Shown here: piece by piece, positions 57,323 through 64,000 of the stretch | Layout: the number at the start of each line of letters is the position of its first letter | Position numbering within the stretch: position 1 is the stretch's first letter | NCBI GenBank assembly: GCA_903831595.1 | Contig: CAIKXY010000007.1 | Coordinates: 3,944 to 67,943, forward strand | DNA: 64,000 bases | DNA from: an uncultured bacterium | GTDB taxonomy: Bacteria; Patescibacteriota; Minisyncoccia; Phycocordibacterales; GWA1-40-21 | Reading direction: 5' to 3' | Position numbers and translations under genes: made by a program | Notes under the pieces: model-generated | What the model saw: the letters and a program-made list of their open reading frames with translations, nothing else | Told to the model about the DNA's origin: nothing | The model's database searches: none

Positions 57323-58594
57323 ATGAATTTCTGGGATAAAATAAAAATGGTTTTTCAAGACAAAGGTCTAAGAAATAGATTGCTTTTCGTGCTTGGTGCT
57401 TTGTTTATCTCAAGACTTTTAGCAGCTATTCCAATACCAGGGATTGACCCAGCAAAACTTCTTACTTTTTTCTCAGGAAATGATTTTCTAAGTTTCTTGA
57501 ACGTATTTTCAGGAGGTGGAATGAGCAAACTTTCTATCGTTATGCTTGGAGTAGGACCATATATTACCGCTTCTATTATCATGCAGCTTCTTACCATGAT
57601 GTCTTCAAAGATAAAGAATATGTATCAGGAAGAAGGGGAAATTGGAAGAAGAAAATTTACACAGATTTCAAGAGCGCTTACAGTGCCAATAGCATTGGTA
57701 CAAGGTTTTGCTTTCCTAAAACTTCTTGAGAATTCTTCGGTTATTACGCACATCAGCTCACTAGATTTCTTTATCAATCTTATGATAATCGTCGGTGGCT
57801 CAATGCTTATGATGTGGATAGGTGAGCTAATGACAGAGTTTGGTATCGGAAACGGAACATCACTTTTGATTTTTGCTGGTATCGTAGCGCGTCTTCCTAC
57901 AACAATTACACAAATGAGTTTGTCTTTTAGTATTGACCAGATCCCAATGTACATTATTTTACTTGCAGTATTTTTGGCTGTTATATATGGAGTCGTATTT
58001 ATTTCAGAGGCAGAAAGACCAGTTCCTGTCACTTATGCAAAAAGAATTACTGGCTCAAAAGTTTCTGGAGGAGTTTCAACATATTTGCCTTTGAGATTGA
58101 ATCAAGCTGGAGTTATACCAATAATCTTCGGTATGTCCATTTTGCTTTTCCCTCAAATGATATTTAAGTTTTTATCTACAGCAGTTGCCAGTGACACTTG
58201 GAGAGGTATTTTCTTGTCTTTAAATGATTTCCTAACAAACCCTTGGGCTCATGGTATTTTGTATTTTATTTTGGTTGTTTTGTTTACATATTTTTACACA
58301 GCAGTTACTTTTGACCCAGATCAAATTTCAAAAAATCTTCAGCAAGGTGGGGCATTTATTCCAGGTGTAAGGCCAGGAGCTTCAACTTCAGAATATTTGG
58401 CAAAAGTATTAACAAGAATTACTTTAGTTGGTGCATTATTCTTGGGCGTTATCGCAGTCCTTCCTTTGATAGTTCAATCTGCTTCAGGACTCAGCTCAAT
58501 TGCAGTTGGAGGAACAGCTTTGCTTATCGTAGTCTCAGTTGTTATTGATTTAATCAAGAAAATACAGGCTCAAATAACGATGAGGGAATACTAA
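57323..58594 (+). CDS. secY: preprotein translocase SecY
   Basis: 423 aa polytopic. The conserved GIGNGTSLLIFAGI plug/pore region is present. Confidence 0.9.
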   Translation: MNFWDKIKMVFQDKGLRNRLLFVLGALFISRLLAAIPIPGIDPAKLLTFFSGNDFLSFLNVFSGGGMSKLSIVMLGVGPYITASIIMQLLTMMSSKIKNMYQEEGEIGRRKFTQISRALTVPIALVQGFAFLKLLENSSVITHISSLDFFINLMIIVGGSMLMMWIGELMTEFGIGNGTSLLIFAGIVARLPTTITQMSLSFSIDQIPMYIILLAVFLAVIYGVVFISEAERPVPVTYAKRITGSKVSGGVSTYLPLRLNQAGVIPIIFGMSILLFPQMIFKFLSTAVASDTWRGIFLSLNDFLTNPWAHGILYFILVVLFTYFYTAVTFDPDQISKNLQQGGAFIPGVRPGASTSEYLAKVLTRITLVGALFLGVIAVLPLIVQSASGLSSIAVGGTALLIVVSVVIDLIKKIQAQITMREY

Positions 58595-58602
58595 ATTTAA
58601 TA

Positions 58603-58637
58603 AAATGCGGGCGCCCTTCGGGCGCTCGCATTTTATT
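58603..58637 (+). terminator. rho-independent terminator
   Basis: AAAATGCGGGCGCCCTTCGGGCGCTCGCATTTTATTTTT. Confidence 0.75.
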
Positions 58638-58672
58638 TTTCCAATCAGCTATCATATGCTATAATCATTTTT

Positions 58673-59296
58673 ATGAAAAATACATTTAAAAAAGAAGAAA
58701 AAACAATAAGCCCAACGGCTTGTCTTTTTATTGGTAGATCTGGTTGTGGAAAAGGTACACAAGTAGAGCTTTTTATTAAAAAAATACAGGAAGTTAATAG
58801 TTTAAAAACGTTGAGAATTGAAACCGGTTCTCTTCTTCGTGATTTAGCAACGAAAACTTCATTTACAGCTGAAAAAACAAAGCAACTCTTGGACAAAGGC
58901 GCGCTTATGCCCGAATCTTTAGTTATTGGTCTTTGGAGTTCATATCTTATTGAAAATTATTCTGGTAAAGAAAATCTAGTTTTTGATGGTTTAGCAAGAA
59001 GATTGCCAGAAGCATTGATTCTTGATGCCGCTTTGCAGTTTTACGGTATTTCAAAATATAAAGTTGTTTATATAAATGTCAGTAGAAAATGGGGGACAGA
59101 GAGACTTTTGGCTAGAAAAAGAAAGGATGATACTGAAGAAGATATAAAAAACAGAATGGATTGGTTTGATACAAACGTTTCTGCCTCAATTGAATATTTT
59201 AAAAAGAATAAAAATTGTGATTTTATAGATGTGAATGGTGAGCAAACAATCGAAGAAGTCCATGCCGAATTGGTAAAGAAAGTTTTTGGAAAATAA
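58673..59296 (+). CDS. adk: adenylate kinase-like nucleoside monophosphate kinase (atypical P-loop)
   Basis: Sits in the conserved secY-adk-map position. Has an NMP-kinase fold, but with GRSGCGKGTQ where GPPGAGKGTQ is expected. Confidence 0.65.
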   Translation: MKNTFKKEEKTISPTACLFIGRSGCGKGTQVELFIKKIQEVNSLKTLRIETGSLLRDLATKTSFTAEKTKQLLDKGALMPESLVIGLWSSYLIENYSGKENLVFDGLARRLPEALILDAALQFYGISKYKVVYINVSRKWGTERLLARKRKDDTEEDIKNRMDWFDTNVSASIEYFKKNKNCDFIDVNGEQTIEEVHAELVKKVFGK

Positions 59297-59301
59297 TCCA
59301 A

Positions 59302-60075
59302 ATGGCTGTAACTATTAAAACAAAAGAAGATATAGAAATACTACGAGAATGTGGGAAAAATTTGGCATATATTTTACAGGAAGTAAGCAAGGCCATAAAG
59401 CCGGGAGTAGCGACAGACGAGTTGAATGATTTGGTAAATAAACTTGCGAGAAAACTTGGAGATACTCCTTCAACTTTAAATTATAGACCAAAAGGTGCAA
59501 AGAGAGCATATCCTGCAAGTATTTGCGTTTCAATAAATGACGAAATTGTCCACGGAATACCGAATGAAAATCCAAAAATATTAAAAGAAGGTGATATTGT
59601 TTCTCTTGATATGTGTCTTACACATAAAGGTTTAGTCACTGATTCTGCCATTACAGTCCCCGTTGGAAAAGTTGATTCAATATCAAATAAATTAATTGCG
59701 GTTACAAAAGAGGCTTTATTTTCTGGAATAAAAGCAGCAAAAGGAAATAAGACTACTGGAGATATTGGCTACGCTGTTGAAAGAGTTGCAAAAGCAAACA
59801 GTTTTTCTGTTGTTGAAGAATTGTGTGGCCACGGAGTTGGTTATGATGTGCATGAAGACCCTTATATACCAAATTACGGAGAGAGAGGTAGGGGCGATAA
59901 ATTAAAACCTGGAATGGTGATATCAATTGAGCCAATGTTAAACATTGGGTTAAAAGATATTTTTATTGATAAAGACGGTTATACTTTCAAAACAAAAGAT
60001 GGTTCAAGAAGTGCACATTTTGAACATACTATTTTAATTACAAGCGGCGAGCCAGAGATACTTACTAAAATCTAG
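59302..60075 (+). CDS. map: methionine aminopeptidase type I
   Basis: Metal ligands in the DIVSLDM, HGVGYDVHE, ISIEPML and HFEHTILIT contexts. Confidence 0.85.
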   Translation: MAVTIKTKEDIEILRECGKNLAYILQEVSKAIKPGVATDELNDLVNKLARKLGDTPSTLNYRPKGAKRAYPASICVSINDEIVHGIPNENPKILKEGDIVSLDMCLTHKGLVTDSAITVPVGKVDSISNKLIAVTKEALFSGIKAAKGNKTTGDIGYAVERVAKANSFSVVEELCGHGVGYDVHEDPYIPNYGERGRGDKLKPGMVISIEPMLNIGLKDIFIDKDGYTFKTKDGSRSAHFEHTILITSGEPEILTKI

Positions 60076-60113
60076 TGTGCAAAATATTTACATATTGTGA
60101 TATAATTTGACTT

Positions 60114-62891
60114 ATGGTTGAACAATTTGGAAGCCAAAAGATTGAACAAAAATTCAAAACCCCAGATGAGGAGTTGAAATATTTACGTGAAAAAGTTTCA
60201 AGTCATGAGAGACAAATGGCTGAAGACGGTAAAGATGTTATACAAGATGAAGTTATTCATGATGAAATTCATGTCCATGCAGATAAAAAACCAGAAGATA
60301 TCTTAGATAAAGATTACGTATTAAGAAAAAGTGAGGTTGAAGCTATTGTTCTAGATTTAGCACCAGAAGCACATGATGCTAAAATGGCTGAACTTATTGA
60401 TATTTTGCAGGAAAAAGGAGTATCAAATACATTATCTATTGTTGATAAATTAAACAACCCACATATAGAGGATGATTTCCATAGGTTTTTAGTTCAATAT
60501 ATTAAGGCTGGTTTTAGGCTTGCTAGTGACAATGAAAAAAACCCTATTTTCAAAGCTTTAAAAATGACGCTTTTTGAAGTTTCCTTACCGGGGGCACTTA
60601 AAGATGAAGCTCAAAAAAATAAAAATTTGAAAGAACTTATTTCAAAAATGGAGCAATTTTATGCTGGTATGTTTTCTGTTGAAAAAGATGATAAAACCGG
60701 ATCTGGATATTTTGCGCTAGAACTTTCAAATGCAAATCATAGTGAAGAAATCATTTTTTATATATCAATTCCAGATTCTAAACGGTCACTTTTTGAAAAG
60801 CAGGCACAATCTATTTTCCCAAATATTAAACTTGTTGAAAAGAAAAATGATTACAACATTTTTAATGAGTCAGGGGATTATGTCGGCTCATCAGCTTCAT
60901 TTTCAAAAAATGATATTTTTCCGATAAAAACCTATGAACAGTTTGACTATGACCCGCTAAATGTATTATTGAATAGCTTTTCAAAAGTTGATAAAGATGG
61001 GGAGGGGGCATCAATACAAATAATTGTTAAGCCAGCGCCAGCTGAAAAGATGTCTTTTTATAAAAGGGTGTTAAAAGAAATGGATAAAGGATTAAAATTC
61101 AAGGAAGCTCTTGCCAAGGCAGATGCATCATTTTTTGGAATTATAAAACAAATAGGTAAAGAAATCATCAAAGAAACAACAAAAGGTAAGGATGATAAAA
61201 AAGAAGATAACGGTGCTTCAAATGCCACGCCGATTGAAAATATTAAAGCAAAAATTTCAAGTCCAATAGCAAGTGTGAATATCAGAATCATGACTTCGTC
61301 TACTACAAGCGAACAAGCTTTTGCTATTTTATCAGATATTGAATCAGCCTTTAATCAATTTGAAAACACAAATGGTAACAAAATAAAATTTGAAAGGGCG
61401 GAAGGAAAGAATTTATTGAAACTTGCAAGAGATTATTCTTTTAGAATTTTTAACGAAAATAAAGTTTTAAACACAAACTTAAAAGAGTTAACAACAATAA
61501 TGCATTTGCCAGAAGTTGATTTTAATAGTGCGTCACAACTTAAAAAAACAGAAGCCATTAGTGCTCCTGCACCTCTAGATTTACCAAAAGAAGGAATATT
61601 ATTAGGTACAAATAAATATAGAAACATTGAAACCCCAATACGCCTTAATGCAGAGGATAGATTGAGACATTTTTATGTTATCGGGCAGACTGGTACTGGT
61701 AAAACGGTTCTTTTAAAAACCATGATTCGTCAGGATATTTTGAATGGAGAAGGTGTTTGTATGATTGACCCACACGGCTCTGATATTCAAGAAGTTTTGT
61801 CTTTTGTTCCACCAGAAAGATATGATGATGTTATTTATTTTGATCCAAGCTACACAGAAAGACCGATGGGTTTGAATATGCTTGAATTTGATAGACGATT
61901 TCCAGAACAAAAAACATTTGTCGTAAACGAAATGCTTTCAATATTTAATAAACTTTTTGACATGAAAGCGACAGGCGGTCCTATGTTTGAACAATATTTT
62001 AGGAATGCAGTAAACTTAGTTTTGGAAGATCCAGATTCTGGTTCAACTCTTTTGGATGTATCTAGGGTTTTGTCTGATAAAACATATAGAGAACTAAAGC
62101 TTTCAAGATGTAAAAATCCAATCGTCCTTCAATTTTGGAGAGAAATTGCCGGAAAGGCTGGTGGAGAAGCATCTTTAGCGAACATTGTCCCATACATAAC
62201 CTCAAAATTTGATGTGTTTCTTTCAAACGAAATTATGCGCCCAATAGTATCTCAAGAAAAATCATCTTTTGATTTTAGGGATATCATGGATAATAAAAAA
62301 ATTCTTCTAGTTAACCTAGCCAAAGGGAGGCTTGGTGATATAAACTCAAATCTTATCGGTCTTATTATTGTTGGTAAACTATTAATGGCGGCGCTTTCTA
62401 GAACCGATTCTTTTGGACAAGATTTTCCACCATTCTATCTTTATATTGATGAATTCCAAAATGTTACAACTGATTCTATTTCAACTATTCTTTCAGAGGC
62501 CAGAAAATATAAACTAGCTCTTACGGTTGCACACCAGTTTATTAGTCAGCTCGACGAAAAAATAAAAAATTCTGTTTTTGGAAACGTCGGTTCTATGGTA
62601 TCATTTCGTGTTAGCTCTGAAGATGCCGAATACTTGGAAAAACAGTTTGCTCCAGTATTTTCAGCGAAAGATTTAATGAATATTGATAATCACGGATCTT
62701 ATGTGAAAATGCTTGCTAATGGTAAGCCCGTTAAACCATTTAGTATGGAGACAAATTTACCACCGCGTGGAAATAAAATTCTACTTGATAAAATTAAACA
62801 ATTATCATATCTTAAGTATGGTAAAGATAGGCAAGAAGTAGAGGAACAAATTTTAGAAAAGTATAAAAAGCCTGAACCAGAGTTAGAATAA
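60114..62891 (+). CDS. large P-loop ATPase of the HerA/FtsK/VirD4-VirB4-like (AAA-like, DUF87-type) superfamily; N-terminal ~500 aa uncharacterised
   Basis: HFYVIGQTGTGKTVLLK Walker A, and FYLYIDEFQNV Walker B ~270 aa downstream. 925 aa, no TM. Confidence 0.45.
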   Translation: MVEQFGSQKIEQKFKTPDEELKYLREKVSSHERQMAEDGKDVIQDEVIHDEIHVHADKKPEDILDKDYVLRKSEVEAIVLDLAPEAHDAKMAELIDILQEKGVSNTLSIVDKLNNPHIEDDFHRFLVQYIKAGFRLASDNEKNPIFKALKMTLFEVSLPGALKDEAQKNKNLKELISKMEQFYAGMFSVEKDDKTGSGYFALELSNANHSEEIIFYISIPDSKRSLFEKQAQSIFPNIKLVEKKNDYNIFNESGDYVGSSASFSKNDIFPIKTYEQFDYDPLNVLLNSFSKVDKDGEGASIQIIVKPAPAEKMSFYKRVLKEMDKGLKFKEALAKADASFFGIIKQIGKEIIKETTKGKDDKKEDNGASNATPIENIKAKISSPIASVNIRIMTSSTTSEQAFAILSDIESAFNQFENTNGNKIKFERAEGKNLLKLARDYSFRIFNENKVLNTNLKELTTIMHLPEVDFNSASQLKKTEAISAPAPLDLPKEGILLGTNKYRNIETPIRLNAEDRLRHFYVIGQTGTGKTVLLKTMIRQDILNGEGVCMIDPHGSDIQEVLSFVPPERYDDVIYFDPSYTERPMGLNMLEFDRRFPEQKTFVVNEMLSIFNKLFDMKATGGPMFEQYFRNAVNLVLEDPDSGSTLLDVSRVLSDKTYRELKLSRCKNPIVLQFWREIAGKAGGEASLANIVPYITSKFDVFLSNEIMRPIVSQEKSSFDFRDIMDNKKILLVNLAKGRLGDINSNLIGLIIVGKLLMAALSRTDSFGQDFPPFYLYIDEFQNVTTDSISTILSEARKYKLALTVAHQFISQLDEKIKNSVFGNVGSMVSFRVSSEDAEYLEKQFAPVFSAKDLMNIDNHGSYVKMLANGKPVKPFSMETNLPPRGNKILLDKIKQLSYLKYGKDRQEVEEQILEKYKKPEPELE

Positions 62892-62919
62892 AAAATTAAT
62901 AATATAATAATAATCAATA

Positions 62920-63516
62920 ATGAAAACAGAAAAAACATTCGTCATAATAAAACCAGATGGAATACAGAGATCACTAATTGGTGAAATAATAGGAAGATTT
63001 GAAAGGATTGGTCTGAAGCTCGTCGCGATGAGAATGTGCCTTCCAACTCCAGAAATGGCACGAAAACACTACACGATAGATCCAGAGTGGGTAAGAAAAG
63101 CAGGACAAAAATCTATTGATAATTATAAGTCAAAAGGTCTTGTTCCACCTTCCGATAATCCATTAGAAATTGGGAATAAAGTTTTGGGTAGATTAGAAAA
63201 ATATCTTTCAAGCGGACCTGTAGTAACTATGGTTTGGCAAGGTGCACACGCAATACAGATTGTGAGGAAACTTGTTGGCGGTACTGAGCCACTTTCTTCT
63301 GATACCGGAACAATTAGGGGTGATTTTGTTTTGGATTCGTATAGAATGTCTGACCAAGATGAGAGGTCAATTAGAAACTTAATACATGCCTCGGGAAGCG
63401 TTGATGAAGCACACCAGGAGATTGATTTGTGGTTTAAAAAAGATGAGGTTATTAAATATAAACACATTCAAGAAGCTATTTTATATGATGTAAATTTGGA
63501 TGGAATATTGGAGTAA
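62920..63516 (+). CDS. ndk: nucleoside diphosphate kinase (long form with insertion)
   Basis: TFVIIKPDGIQRSLIGEIIGRFERIGLKLVAMRM ... NLIHASGSVDEAHQEIDLWF with the active-site His. 198 aa against the usual ~140. Confidence 0.8.
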   Translation: MKTEKTFVIIKPDGIQRSLIGEIIGRFERIGLKLVAMRMCLPTPEMARKHYTIDPEWVRKAGQKSIDNYKSKGLVPPSDNPLEIGNKVLGRLEKYLSSGPVVTMVWQGAHAIQIVRKLVGGTEPLSSDTGTIRGDFVLDSYRMSDQDERSIRNLIHASGSVDEAHQEIDLWFKKDEVIKYKHIQEAILYDVNLDGILE

Positions 63517-63547
63517 TTCATTAAAAAATTTGTGCGTATTGAATAAG

Positions 63548-63577
63548 AAAAAGACCAGTAATTACCTGGTCTTTTTT
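63548..63577 (+). terminator. rho-independent terminator
   Basis: AAAAAGACCAGTAATTACCTGGTCTTTTTT. Confidence 0.75.
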
Positions 63578-63614
63578 AGTGTTTTAATAAAATGGATATT
63601 CCACTAATAATTCC

Positions 63615-63746
63615 TTGACTTTATATAGCCTTTCCTATATACTCGTTCCTACACAGATATGTTTATAAAAAACCAATTATTACAGCGGAAAGTATAGTCG
63701 GCATTTTTAATGTTGTCACTACAAACCGCAATAAGCGGTTTTTTTC
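63615..63746 (+). ncRNA. candidate small RNA: promoter (TTGACT-17-TATACT, 63615-63643) to terminator (AAACCGC-AATAA-GCGGTTTTTTT, 63723-63746) with no ORF
   Basis: A consensus-like promoter and an intrinsic terminator bracket ~95 nt of non-coding sequence. Confidence 0.25.
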
Positions 63747-64000
63747 ACGGAAAGATTGAAACTTGAAAAATAAGATTAAGATTTCAGTGATTCTCTTTGG
63801 AGGATAATTAAAATTTAAATCTTCATTCTGTCATAGTACCACCAATTTTCCACGCGAAGTGGATTGGGTCTTTTATAGGTATTATAGGCAGGCAGGTGAA
63901 TCAATCATTTTTCTTGGAGAGAGATGATATGATTTAAAATAATTTTATCAATTAATTTTGATAAGACTGTTATAAGGGATTGATTCCATATAACAGGTTA

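Noticed and set aside
63580-64000. Possible tRNA in the terminal non-coding region
   Set aside because: No cloverleaf could be built. No GTTCRANYC T-loop with a matching acceptor stem was found by eye. Only the promoter/terminator pair is reported, as a weak sRNA candidate.

Overview
This is an AT-rich (~30-33% GC) bacterial window of small, tightly packed and often overlapping genes. It resembles a reduced genome such as Candidate Phyla Radiation/Patescibacteria, but that is inference only. Supporting points are the absence of rpmD (L30) between rpsE and rplO, a eukaryote-like (type 2) IleRS, and substrate-binding proteins with an N-terminal TM anchor instead of a lipobox.

Contents from start to end:
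- Two membrane proteins and a 636-aa hypothetical.
- An ileS that carries an in-frame histidine-phosphatase (RHG...SH) domain insertion.
- recO-like, glyQS, an M16 peptidase, rpsF-ssb-rpsR and efp.
- A ~21-kb paralog array (15.6-36.8 kb): seven TrmB-family wHTH regulators, each divergently paired with one or two Liv-type (type I) substrate-binding proteins, eight SBPs in total. They share a single LivH-LivM-LivG permease/ATPase set at the 5' end and a lone LivF ATPase at the 3' end, with two SAM-methyltransferases embedded. This is the most system-like novelty in the window.
- A small Cys-rich protein, recA and ftsK.
- An ~880-bp ORF-free region ahead of a 1261-aa S/T/A-rich surface (S-layer-like) protein.
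- A REP-associated tyrosine transposase (RAYT/IS200-like) bracketed by, and internally containing, a 21-nt palindromic REP hairpin.
- A PKD-domain secreted protein.
- An rpsS-to-secY-adk-map ribosomal cluster. It is interrupted between rplE and rpsN by a ~1.2-kb island of about 45-48% GC by eye, against ~32% for the rest of the window. The island carries an ORFan, flanking hairpins and a new downstream promoter.
- A 925-aa Walker A/B ATPase and ndk.

No CRISPR array, rRNA or convincing tRNA was found.
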